NCBI RefSeq assembly: GCF_006345805.1 | Contig: NW_021832279.1 | Coordinates: forward strand, 48,286-112,285 | Reading direction: 5' to 3' | DNA length: 64,000 bases | Source of the DNA: Octopus sinensis | Lineage: Eukaryota | Part shown: piece by piece, positions 25,560-37,100 of the stretch | Layout: each line of letters starts with the position of its first letter | Position numbering within the stretch: position 1 is the stretch's first letter | Notes under the pieces: generated by a model | Told to the model about the DNA's origin: nothing | Seen by the model: the letters and a program-made list of their open reading frames with translations, nothing else | Database searches by the model: none | Position numbers and translations under genes: made by a program

Positions 25560-28172
25560 ATGATGCTCAACATCATATCGGTGAACGCGCGTTCCCTGGA
25601 AGGGAAAAGGGACGCCGTTCAGAGGATGTTGGCCACCACGAGTGCGGACATTCTGGTGGTCAACGAAACGAAGACAAGGGGGGGTCCGTACGTAGTTGAT
25701 GGCTACAACTGTCGTCACATACCCTGGAAAGACGGGTCAATATGTGGCACGGGAACTAGCCTCTTCTACAAGCCGTACCTTCCCCTACAAAGTTCAGGTT
25801 TATGTTTATGTAGCCTATGTGAATTCCTCCAAGTGAGAATTCGCATAGGTGAGCTTACATTTTACCTAGGAGGGATGTACTCGAAGAACTTTACGGCGTG
25901 CTCCTGGCACGTACGGGAGTTCTTTGAAAAGCATCCGAAGGCCATGGTTGTTGGGGACCTGAATGCCAAGCATCAAGATCTTGGCTTCAGGGTAACCAAC
26001 TCGCATGGTTTGGCTCTGAAGACGCTGATTGAAGAACTCGGGCTGGAAATCCGGACCTCGAGCGAGCCAAACCACGTCGACACGAGGGGAGGACGTGACT
26101 GGCTAGGGCTTGCTCTGGTCAGTCCCGGTCTTCTAAATTGGGTTAGTAAAACTATTTTATTGCCCGATATTGGGAGCGACCATCTGCCTCTATTGCACGA
26201 ACTCCGTGAGCCAGTTCCTCAAAGGGTCCCAGGATACTTTGACCTCCGGGTGGGTTCCTGGGCTAACCTGGAGAGTTTCATGGCCAGCAGGTTGCCCTCA
26301 CTTCTGGTGGGGAATACCTGCGCCAACATACGTGAGTTGGAGGCGCTTGATAATGGAATCAATGCTGCCCTGACTGATTACATGCGAGATAATTTCAAAC
26401 AGAACTCAGTGCAGGGTCAGTCACATTCCACGCTCCCTCACCGGATCTTAAATAAAATTAGGTTCAAGCGCCGGCTATCCAGACTACGGGACAAATGCAT
26501 TTACGAGGAGAACCGTGTTTGGTTTCGTGGCTGGATTAGCCGGCTTCAGAGGGAGATCCGAAGAGAAATCCGCGAACTCGAAAGTTCGCGGTGGGAGAGG
26601 GCCTGCCGAAGGGTGGACCCTCGCTTTCCGGACTTCTGGAAGCAGTTGAAGAGCCTGTCGGGGAGAAGGGGGGCTAAGTCAGTGCGCCTTAAACGCTCTG
26701 ATGGAACCCTCGCTTCGGACCCGGTTGAGGTGGTTGAAATACTTTCAGCCCATCTCAATGACATCTCGGGAACTGACGGAAGTCAGTTCGTAGAGACATC
26801 GTCCTTTGATACTGTCCAGCAGATATTGTCGTGGGACAAGCGCTGCCAGCTGGATATATCAATGGACGATGCAGGTGAAATTACTGAAGCGGAGATTCTG
26901 GCAGCAATCTCCCGAAGTAAGAACACCGCGGCGGGCTTGGATCGGATCCCGATGGCCATCTTTAAGAAGGCCCCGCCGCGGTTAATCACTGCGCTAAAGG
27001 TTTTATTTAACGGGAGCTTGCGACTTGGGATGATTCCTTCCAGGTGGAAAGTAGCTGAGGTGATCCTTATCGGAAAACCCGGGAAGCCACATGATGTCCC
27101 CGGGGGATATAGGCCCATTTCCTTGCTCCCCGCGATATCTAAAATCCTAGAAAGAATTATGCACCAAAGGCTCCTGGAGGGGCTGATGGTGGCAGACGCC
27201 CTCCCTGAGTTCCAATGGGGCTTCAGGGAGGGCCGCTCATGCGGGGACTGCCTTCACAAGGTGTCGTCTAGTATGAAGAGCGCCCTCCAGAAAAGGGAAT
27301 GCGGTATTTTAGTTAGTCTCGACATTGAAAAGGCCTTCGACTCGGTGTGGCACGACGGCCTCCGGAGTTCCCTTGCCACGTGCGGGGTTTCTCCGTGTCT
27401 AAGGCGCTGGCTGTCGGGGTTTCTTGAATCTCGCAGACAGGTCGTGCGGCATCAGGGGGTCTTTTCTAAAGTCGCAACAGTCCTTCGCGGGGTCCCTCAG
27501 GGCTCTGTGCTCAGTCCGACACTATTCAATGTGTTTATGGCCACTGCGCCTATGCCAGTCAATGCTCGTACTGAAATGGTAATCTATGCAGACGACATTA
27601 TCCTCTGGGATCACTCAATGAAACCGGAGTGTGCGTGTCGTAGGCTTCAGGTTGCTGTGGATGGACTTGCAAACTGGTGTGGGAGTAGGGGTCTGAGAAT
27701 GTGCGCGGACAAGTGCAGTGTCCTTAAAGTCTGTAAAAGGACGAGGGGTTACACTAATTTTGTTCCTAGGTTATTGCTGAGCGGGTCAGCAATCGCTGCA
27801 GTTGATCGGATGACTTATTTGGGCGTGCTCTTTAAGCCGTCCGGTAAGTTTGATGATCACATTGCACGTACGAAAATGCGTGCAATGCAGCGATTAGGTG
27901 CGTTGCGTGCTTTCCGCTTGAGCAGAGGTGCCTGGTTCCGCGTGTTTAACGCCATGGTGTTACCCGTCTTGACCTATGGCGTCCACGCTTGGTACCTCTA
28001 TGAGGACAGGGATAAGCATGTTGACGTGCTTAAAAAAGTAAGAAGACGAGCCATAAGGCTAGCCTATGGCTTAGGATTCCGGACTGAGCTCTCCGACGCC
28101 CAGGAATCATCCCTCAAAGGCCTCTCTGAGGTCCTAGAGAAGATTATTTCTGGATGGCAGGTAAGGCGGTAA
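25551..28172 (+). CDS. Intact LINE ORF2 (APE endonuclease plus RT, 873 aa)
   Basis: SVNARSL, GDLNAKH, SDHLP, YRPISLL, QWGFR, DIEKAFD, GVPQGSVLSP, YADD; no ORF1 upstream and no RNase H or CCHC downstream. Confidence 0.93.
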   Translation: MCNMMLNIISVNARSLEGKRDAVQRMLATTSADILVVNETKTRGGPYVVDGYNCRHIPWKDGSICGTGTSLFYKPYLPLQSSGLCLCSLCEFLQVRIRIGELTFYLGGMYSKNFTACSWHVREFFEKHPKAMVVGDLNAKHQDLGFRVTNSHGLALKTLIEELGLEIRTSSEPNHVDTRGGRDWLGLALVSPGLLNWVSKTILLPDIGSDHLPLLHELREPVPQRVPGYFDLRVGSWANLESFMASRLPSLLVGNTCANIRELEALDNGINAALTDYMRDNFKQNSVQGQSHSTLPHRILNKIRFKRRLSRLRDKCIYEENRVWFRGWISRLQREIRREIRELESSRWERACRRVDPRFPDFWKQLKSLSGRRGAKSVRLKRSDGTLASDPVEVVEILSAHLNDISGTDGSQFVETSSFDTVQQILSWDKRCQLDISMDDAGEITEAEILAAISRSKNTAAGLDRIPMAIFKKAPPRLITALKVLFNGSLRLGMIPSRWKVAEVILIGKPGKPHDVPGGYRPISLLPAISKILERIMHQRLLEGLMVADALPEFQWGFREGRSCGDCLHKVSSSMKSALQKRECGILVSLDIEKAFDSVWHDGLRSSLATCGVSPCLRRWLSGFLESRRQVVRHQGVFSKVATVLRGVPQGSVLSPTLFNVFMATAPMPVNARTEMVIYADDIILWDHSMKPECACRRLQVAVDGLANWCGSRGLRMCADKCSVLKVCKRTRGYTNFVPRLLLSGSAIAAVDRMTYLGVLFKPSGKFDDHIARTKMRAMQRLGALRAFRLSRGAWFRVFNAMVLPVLTYGVHAWYLYEDRDKHVDVLKKVRRRAIRLAYGLGFRTELSDAQESSLKGLSEVLEKIISGWQVRR

Positions 28173-28398
28173 GTCTTAACTTGTGGTCGTGTGTAGGGAG
28201 GCGTGTGTGTGATGGAGACTGAAAAGGCAGCGATGCCGAAGGTCTACTTAGTTAGTTTTTAACTGCCTCCCTTAACTAATAAATTTTTCCTCCCCCCTTT
28301 GATAGTTGAAACCACATTAGCACAATCATTAACACAATTTACCACCAATTGACAGCGCAATCAGAAGAATTTGCGTAAAAATATTAACTATTTAGTTA

Positions 28399-28640
28399 AG
28401 TTTTTCGTAAAGATAGAATTTATTTTCGGTATGCCTCTTTTCCTAAACTTTTTTATTATTCAAAAATAATTTTTTCAATAGATCACCGAAGGAGGGAAGA
28501 CGACCTTAAGAAAAGAAGTTTTTCGTAAAGATAGAATTTATTTTCTGTATGCCTCTTTTTTCCTAATATTTTTTATTATTCAAAAATAATTTTTTAAATA
28601 GATAACCGAAGGAGGAAAAACGAAGCTGAAGAAAAAACGG
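28399..28640 (+). repeat. Tandem dimer of ~118 bp
   Basis: AAGTTTTTCGTAAAGATAGAATT..GTATGCCTC..TTCAAAAATAAT..ACCGAAGGAGG occurs twice. Confidence 0.8.
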
Positions 28641-28655
28641 TCAGCTTAAGGTAAT

Positions 28656-30256
28656 TGTCACGCGCCATAAATGAAACGCGTGCCTAAAGTGAAACGCCGT
28701 GACCTTGAATTTAACCTTCAATTAAGCTCTTGACAATTATCAAGTCAATATTAAAGATGATTGCGCACTTTGAGATAATATTATCGAAATGAGATTTGCC
28801 AACATTGTAAAGGATGATCAGGAGTATAAGAATATTCTTGATTTTTTAATAAATAATACAATACCAGAAGATTTTTCAAGACTAAAAAGATTTCGTTTTC
28901 TCAAAAAATGTAGAAATTTTGTAAATTCTGGAGGTACTATTAAATCTAATGATAGGTGTGCTATATTATAAACAATCTGATGGAAACAAAATATTGGTAA
29001 TTGCCTCAAATGATTTCGAATCCATGAAACTGCATTGTGAAAGGATTCATTCAATTTATCACTATGGATTTAATAAAATGGAAGAGTATTGCAAAAATAA
29101 TTTTTGCATAATCAATCGAAACATAATTAGGGATGTAATATCATCATGCCACAAATGTCAGCGAAGTCAGCCCTTAAAGAGAAAATATCCACTAGTCAAC
29201 ATAGTAGCCAAAGAACCTCGAGAACGGTTCATTCAATAGCTTATTTTTAGCTATCAAGTTGATTTAGTCGATCTTTCGTTTTATGCAGATATAAATGATT
29301 CCTATAAATATCTTATGAATGTCATAGATATTTATTCAAAATTTTGCTTTGCTAAAAAATAGAAAATAAAGAAGCAGTTACAGTTTCGGAATCATTGAAA
29401 ACTATATTTCTTTCCTATGGTCCACCAAAAATTCTGCAGTCTGACAACGGAACAGAATTTGTTAATTCAGAAATAACGTCATTATGTGAAGAATTTAAAA
29501 TAATTCATAAAAGGGGACGTCCAAGACATCCAGAATCACAGGGACAAGTGGAGCGTTGCAATCAAACCATTTGCAGATGGATTCAAAAAGAACTCACAGA
29601 CAAACAGAAAAAATGGGTGGATGTGTTAGAAAAAATTGTATATCAGTACAATATTTCAATTCATTCTTCTATAAATATGTCACCATTTATGGATTTTTTC
29701 CGAACAAGAGGATATAACATTTCTTATTATAATGATGATGAATTAATTGAAGAACATGAAAATCAAACTATCATAAATGACAAATATCTTGAAAGAATGG
29801 AACGAAATTTTTCAAAAACATTGAAAGAAATTGCAATTGGAATAATGTTTTGCTGAAAAAAGATTTTGATACAAATCAAAGGACGAAGAAGCGAAAATTA
29901 GAATCTTTTTATCATCAACAAATCTTTACTGTTGAAGATTTAATTTCAAATAATAGAGTTAAAATAAAAGATCAAGATGGAAATGAAAAAATAGTATTTA
30001 AATCATAAGTTAAAAAAATTTAGACAGGTAAATTTTCAGGTTAAAATATTTTTAATTTTTTGGTAATTTTAAAATGGCTAACCATTATTTAAATAAATTG
30101 TTAATCTTTCAAACGATAATAATAAAAAATTGATTTCTCGGTTTTATTCCTGTTTTCATCAAAGGATTGTTAATTTTATTTTCGAGGTTTTTTGTGGTTT
30201 TCTCAAGGTTCACAGCGTTTCACTTTAGGCACGCGTTTCATCCATTGCGCGCGACA
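28656..30256 (+). mobile_element. Ginger2/TDD-like TIR transposon with Gypsy-type integrase (Ginger A), near intact
   Basis: ~53-bp TIRs TGTC..GACA; 5-bp TSD GTAAT; HHCC, QVD, QSDNG..35..E; introns 28934-28955 and 29227-29250; remaining breaks in homopolymers. Confidence 0.9.
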
Positions 30257-30795
30257 GTAATTAATTAAATCTTTTTTGTGTGTCGCTTTTTTGGCTGCTG
30301 CTACTCTGCCTGCCGCATCTCCGCCTGCCCCATTTCCACCAGTGGTTTGTCTAATCAAGGTCACTAAGCTAAATCTCCGGACTATAAAGGCTCTTAAGCA
30401 TTATCTTAATTGGCTGTTAAAAAAATTAGACACGTTGTTGCCGTGGCGGCAGAGATTTTTTTTGTTTATACTATTTTACAAATTTTTAAAGTTTTTTTTT
30501 GTTTTTTTTATTTTTTTGTTTTTAAATTTTTTTTTTTTTAAATGACAAACTTATTGTTAATAAACGAAAAGAGTTAAAATGCGCAGCGAATCGACTGGCA
30601 ATTCCCGCGCATGATGGCCAATGAGATCCTTTGAAAGAGTCTGATCGACTCGTTGGGATCTTTCGTGGCAACCACGAGCTTAGATCCAAGGCGACGTTTT
30701 TAAATTATTTATTTTTATTTGTTTTTTTTTATTTTTTTGTTATTTTCTAAAAATTCAACCGGATTGAATTTTTAAACTCCTTAGATCCCTCTGGA

Positions 30796-31212
30796 ATGTC
30801 GAATCATCTTTTAAAGTTAAAGATAGGCGTTCCAGTGGTTTTATTACGAAATCTTGCGCCACCTAAATTATGCAACGGAACGAGGTTAGTTATCAAAAAT
30901 TTGATGGCTAACGTAATAGAGGCGACGATATTAACAGGTAAGTATAGAGGTGAGGATGTTTATATTCCACGAATTCCGATAATTTCTGATGAATTACCAT
31001 TTAGATTTAAAAGGCTGCAATTTCCTTTGAGGATGAGTTTTGCAATGACAATAAACAAGGCCCAGGGACAGTCATTAAAGGTAGTTGGGTTATTTTTAGA
31101 GAGTGAGTGCTTTTCACATGGACAGCTGTATGTGGGATGCTCGAGGGTAGGCAGAAGAGAAAATTTATTCATATATGCCAAGGACGGACGACAAACATCG
31201 ATTGCACTGTGA
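30796..31212 (+). mobile_element. C-terminal fragment of a Helitron PIF1 helicase
   Basis: [32 protein letters not shown] and [13 protein letters not shown] motifs. Confidence 0.9.
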
Positions 31213-31973
31213 TTGCACATTCTGTCAAAGTCAAATATGATAATAGCTTTAATTTTGATTCATGGTCGATAATGATATATGCATTTAATTTTAAAGAGAA
31301 AAACATAGGATGAATTGAATTTCTTTATCGCGAATAATTGGGAGTTCATCATTGTTAATATTTTCGCTGTCGTTTTCATCAGGATATTCTTAATACGTGA
31401 GATTTTTGCCTGGAAGGTTTTAATGGACCTCATCATGAATGTCGAGGACATTCGCGTTGTTCATTTTAACCAAAATGCAGAAAATTTTTTTTAATTTTTT
31501 TTTAGGGGGAAGGTTTTAAGGACCTCATCATGTAAGTCGAGGACATCGTAGTTGTTCATTTTAACCAAAATGCAGAAAATTTTTTTTAATTTTTTTTTGG
31601 AGGGAAGGTTTTAAGGACCTCATCATGTAAGTCGAGGACATCGTAGTTGTTCATTTTAACCAAAATGCAGAAAATTTTTTTTAATTTTTTTGGGGGGAAG
31701 GTTTTAAGGACCTCATCATGTAAGTCGAGGACATCGTAGTTGTTCATTTTAACCAAAATGCAGAAAATTTTTTTTTAATTTTTTTGGGGGGAAGGTTTTA
31801 AGGACCTCATCATGTAAGTCGAGGACATCGTAGTTGTTCATTTTGACCAAAATGCAGAAAAATTTTTTTTAATTTTTTTGGGGGGAAGGTTTTAAGGACC
31901 TCATCATGTAAGTCGAGGACATCGTAGTTGTTCATTTTGACCAAAATGCAGAAAAATTTTTTTTAATTTTTTT

Positions 31974-32719
31974 GGCGGACATTCCTCTGCCGTCGACACG
32001 TACTGGCAAGCTCGTTATCTATGCTGACGATATCCTGGTCATGGATACCTCGAAAAGGATATCGCAGTCTTGGAGACGACTGAAATCATACATTGCAACG
32101 CTAAAGATGTGGACTATAGAGAAGGGTTTGACCCTAGCACCGGAGAAGAGCACCATTTCATGGTTGCGGAGAGGGAGTCGCTATGCGGAGTCTTGTGCAT
32201 ATGCGATGAGTAGCTATGTGATGGATCTCTCGAAAAGAAAAAATCTTTCTTACCTGGGAGCAACCATTAACTGTCGTGGCTCGTACGTAGAGCATATAGC
32301 AAATCAGAGAAAGAGGAGTGTGAGGATCCTCAAAAGCTTAACCAGGTTCCATCTGGATCCGGAAACGTACATCTACGTATACAAAACATGTGTGCAGCCA
32401 GTCCTCACATATGGCTACGAGGGCTGGTACGGTACGGAGGAGAGTGACTACCTGATCGAACAGTTGGAAAAGACAAGACGTTTCGCTATGAAATTGGCTT
32501 ACGGAGTACAACTTGACGGAAGGCTAAAAGACTCACAAGAATCCTCTGTGCCCACGATCCGGATGGTCTTGGAGAATTGTCGTCAAACATGACTAGTATT
32601 GGGGATACGCATGGAAAGAGACACTTCGGTGCCTTGTTTTTATCTCCCCGCCGATGTTTTTCTTCCTTGTTTTTCTTTTTCTTTTCGCTCAATAAACACT
32701 ATTCTATTCTATTCTATTC
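31974..32719 (+). mobile_element. 5'-truncated LINE 3' end, copy 1, (TATTC)n tail
   Basis: YADD, YLG and PVLTYG; related to the C-terminus of the 25551 ORF; inserted in the T-run of the 95-bp repeat. Confidence 0.88.
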
Positions 32720-32911
32720 TTTTTTGGGGGGAAGGTTTTAAGGACCTCATCATGTAAGTCGAGGACATCGTAGTTGTTCATTTTAACCAAAATGCAGAAA
32801 ATTTTTTTTAATTTTTTTGGGGGGAAGGTTTTAAGGACCTCATCATGTAAGTCGAGGACATCGTAGTTGTTCATTTTGACCAAAATGCAGAAAATTTTTT
32901 TTAATTTTTTT

Positions 32912-33659
32912 GGCGGACATTCCTCTGCCGTCGACACGTACTGGCAAGCTCGTTATCTATGCTGACGATATCCTGGTCATGGATACCTCGAAAAGGATAT
33001 CGCAGTCTTGGAGACGACTGAAATCATACATTGCAACGCTAAAGATGTGGACTATAGAGAAGGGTTTGACCCTAGCACCGGAGAAGAGCACCATTTCATG
33101 GTTGCGGAGAGGGAGTCGCTATGCGGAGTCTTGTGCATATGCGATGAGTAGCTATGTGATGGATCTCTCGAAAAGAAAAAATCTTTCTTACCTGGGAGCA
33201 ACCATTAACTGTCGTGGCTCGTACGTAGAGCATATAGCAAATCAGAGAAAGAGGAGTGTGAGGATCCTCAAAAGCTTAACCAGGTTCCATCTGGATCCGG
33301 AAACGTACATCTACGTATACAAAACATGTGTGCAGCCAGTCCTCACATATGGCTACGAGGGCTGGTACGGTACGGAGGAGAGTGACTACCTGATCGAACA
33401 GTTGGAAAAGACAAGACGTTTCGCTATGAAATTGGCTTACGGAGTACAACTTTACGGAAGGCTAAAAGACTCACAAGAATCCTCTGTGCCCACGATCCGG
33501 ATGGTCTTGGAGAATTGTCGTCAAACATGACTAGTATTGGGGATACGCATGGAAAGAGACACTTCGGTGCCTTGTTTTTATCTCCCCGCCGATGTTTTTC
33601 TTCCTTGTTTTTCTTTTTCTTTTCGCTCAATAAACACTATTCTATTCTCTATTCTATTC
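32912..33659 (+). mobile_element. 5'-truncated LINE 3' end, copy 2
   Basis: Same truncation point and near-identical sequence 938 bp downstream of copy 1. Confidence 0.88.
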
Positions 33660-33805
33660 TTTTTTGGGGGGAAGGTTTTAAGGACCTCATCATGTAAGTC
33701 GAGGACATCGTATTGCCAATTTGAAGTTGGTGTGCACACACAGACAGACAGACAGAACGACAGACAGACAGACAGACACACACCATACCATTTTATTATT
33801 AAGAT

Positions 33806-34170
33806 TTATTTATTAATGACCAAGAGACCAGGTAAGCCAGTTAATTATAATCCCCGCGAGTCCCCGATTCAAGCGAGGGAGATCTTTCTGAAAGGTTCGA
33901 TCCTGTCCACGTGATCGGACTGAGACGACGATGTCCCACGGTCAGAGTTCTAGAAGTCCTTTTTCGGTAGGCATTAAGTGCCTTCTGAGCGTTTCCATGT
34001 CCGATTAGAAGTTTTAACTGACATGGTGGACCCCATAACGCCACGCTAAGACCGGAAAGAAGGTAAGAGACCCCCTTTTTTCTACTTTGTCGTGCCAGAA
34101 GTACTCATTGCCTCGCGGGCAGGCGAACGATAACGAGAATTGACCCCAGAATGAAACTAGCCTCCCTCGG
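33806..34170 (-). mobile_element. Degenerate LINE 3' end abutting the 28S
   Basis: LLIGHGN..AYRKR-like C-terminal motif and TAAA tail; weak. Confidence 0.4.
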
Positions 34171-34174
34171 AATC

Positions 34175-37100
34175 GGAAATGTATACGATACCAAGTTCTA
34201 TCGAACTGGACTTCCCAGAGAAAGTGAAAGGCCTGTAGTAACTGTGTACGTTTTCCTGCAAGCATCGTTAGAGTCGGGTTGCTTGTGAGTGCAAGCTAAA
34301 GTGGGTGGAAAGCTTCACCTAAGACTAAAAAATGCACGAGTTCGATAGCGAACAAGTACCGTGAAGGAAAATTGAAAAGAACTTTGAGAAAAGGGTTAAA
34401 AGTGCGTGAAACCGTTTAGAAGGAAGCAGATAGAGCCTTAACGCTTTGCGTTACAGTTGGGACGCAAAGCAGCTGTAATGAGTGTTCTAACTGGTTGCTA
34501 GTTTGGATGTGCCCTTTTGATGGCTGTGTATACTTTATTGTTAGGGTAATGATTCTTGCAGCTTGTTGGTGTTTTATCCGACCCGTCTTGAAACACGGAC
34601 CAAGGAGATTACCGTATTAGCAAGTCTAATGGAGTTATTCCATGCGGCGTAATGAAAGTAACTGGATGTGACGGTGTTAAACCTGCAACATACGCCCCTA
34701 ATTGTAACTACGGTTTATTAGGGAAGTGTTAGCTAATGCGTTAAGACCCGAAAGATGGCGAACTATACCTGGTTAAAATGAAGCAGTGGAAACACTGGTA
34801 AAGGTTATCGCGGTTCTGACGTGCAAATCGATTGTCGAAGCTGGGTATGGGTATAGGGGCGAAATACTAATCGAGCCATCTAGTAGCTGGTTCTCTCCGA
34901 AATTCTCTCAGGATAGCTGGTGTTCGTAAAAAGTTTTATATGTTAAAGCGAATGATTAGAGATCTGTGCTCAGATTGGGTGCATACTATTCTTAAACTTT
35001 AAAAACGTGAGATATGTGGCTCACTTGATTAAAGGCACATATAGAATTAGAGTACCAAGTGGACCAATTATGATAATCATGACTGGCGCTGTGGGATGAA
35101 CCAAAAGTCTAGTTAAGGTGCCTGACTAGACGCACACAGGATACCATGAAAGATGTCAGTTGATTATGACAACTGGAAGGTGACTATAGAAGTCGGAATC
35201 CTCTAAGGAGTGTGTAATAACTAGGGCAATTTTTTTCAGGCACTTAAAATTTATTTTTAGGACCTTAAAAATAGGCATTTTAGGACTTTATTTTAATTTT
35301 AGGACTTTATTCTACATTTTTAGGCACATTTTAAAAGGTATTAAATCAAAAAGTCGTAAAAAATTATTTGTTATAGTAAGGTATTAAATAATTTTTGACA
35401 TTTTCCGCATTGAAACCTCTATCTTTAGTAATTAATTTTTTAAGCATAGAAAATGCTCTTTCAACGGTTGATGATGTACACTGACATTTTCTTATTAGTC
35501 CATATTCTTCAGGGGAGATATTACTTTTCTCCATTTCTATAATTGATTCTATGTCATTTTGTGTAATCTTTTTGTATGTATTCATTTATTTCTGCATTAT
35601 CAGACGGAAATTTTAACAAACAAAGATTGAATGTGCATCATTATTGTATAACTTGTGGATTCCATTTTTTCAATATTTGATTAAGTATCTGATAATTTTC
35701 ATTTATTTCCATTAGACTTTTTCTTAAGGTTGGCGATTCAATTGCTTGTTTTACTTTTTTAACTAATATTCCGTCGTCTTTGAAATTCTCCACAATTTCA
35801 GCAATTGATACAAAATTATTTGCATAATAGTATGCTGCTTGCAGCCAACTACCCCATCTAGTTATGATGACGTCGGGCGGATAACCAATTGTAGAAAACA
35901 TTTTTTTTCTAGTTTTGTTTTTCACTATTGATGTCTTTATAGTCGCAATAAGATTATCAACGTCCGAATAATACGCCTTTACTCTGAGACAGCAATTATG
36001 TAACAAATGTGCAACACATGTTACATGGAACATCCTAGGATAAAGCATTTTCAATGTTTTTCCGGCTAAAAATAATTCAACAAACTACCCAAAATCATAT
36101 ACGGGGCTGCATCAGAAAGAAAAAGAAGAAAATTATTGCGTATAATCTCGAATTTTTTAATCTCTTCATCGATAATCTGAAGAATTGTGTTAGCAGTTAC
36201 AGATTCATATAAAGGTTCACACGAAATTAAATAGGTCTTCTCTGGATAAGCGATATTCCCAATGAGAACAACTACAAACTTCTGTCCATTTACGTCACCC
36301 TCGTCAACAACCATAAAATCTTTTGAGATCTAAAAATTAATCATTTGTTAACCTTAGATCACTTTTATACTTGGATAATTTTTGTTCACTGATTGCAGGA
36401 ATACAATTGCGACAGGCTGATGGGAAGGAAGCGAAATATTCAATTTTTCAAACAATCCCTTTAAGCTGGATTATTGAGCTTATGAAGAGGAATGTTTGCT
36501 TCAGAAAAGGCTTTGGCAACTTCCATCGGCATACTCTGAAAGTCTTCCGTTCGGTTTGACCGTTGAATAGGGAATCTAAGGATTGTTGGAATCCTTCATT
36601 GTTATCTAAAAAAAATAATTTTAAATTACTCAAAAGCTTTAGATGTTTTGTAGATTGTCTATGCTGATCAATATAATTTTTTTTGATGCATTGACGTAGA
36701 TCATACATATTTTACAATATAGACTGCCTTTAATCACTGTGAATTCTTTTACGTAAGTTTCATAGGCTTTTAGAGCTTTAGACTTTATTGTAGAACGTAC
36801 ACGTGGCATTTGAACACAAAAAAGTAATTTATAGCGTGCCTAATTTGTTATTTTTAAAATATTTTTTGTAACATTTAAAAATAATTTATTTTAAAAATTT
36901 TAAGACCTTAAAAAAATTTTAGGACCTTAAAAAAATTTTTTATTTTTAGGACCTTAACAATTTTTTAAGCATTTAAGGCATTTATAACTCGTTGTAGATA
37001 AATCTATTTTAATTAAATTATAGCTTAAATTAATTATTTAAATAAATAGACCTTTTGGTGCAAAAAGGCATTTTAGGCAAAAAATTGCCCTAGTAATAAC

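Larger units (their letters stand above)
31213..33804 (+). mobile_element. Helitron/Helentron-like downstream region with ~95-bp repeats and (GACA)n end, interrupted by two LINE fragments
   Basis: Inverted copy of 24397-25559; about 9 repeat units in total. Confidence 0.7.

Noticed and set aside
28656-30256. LTR retrotransposon (Gypsy) integrase
   Set aside because: Ends are inverted rather than direct repeats, there is no RT or gag, and the gene has introns.
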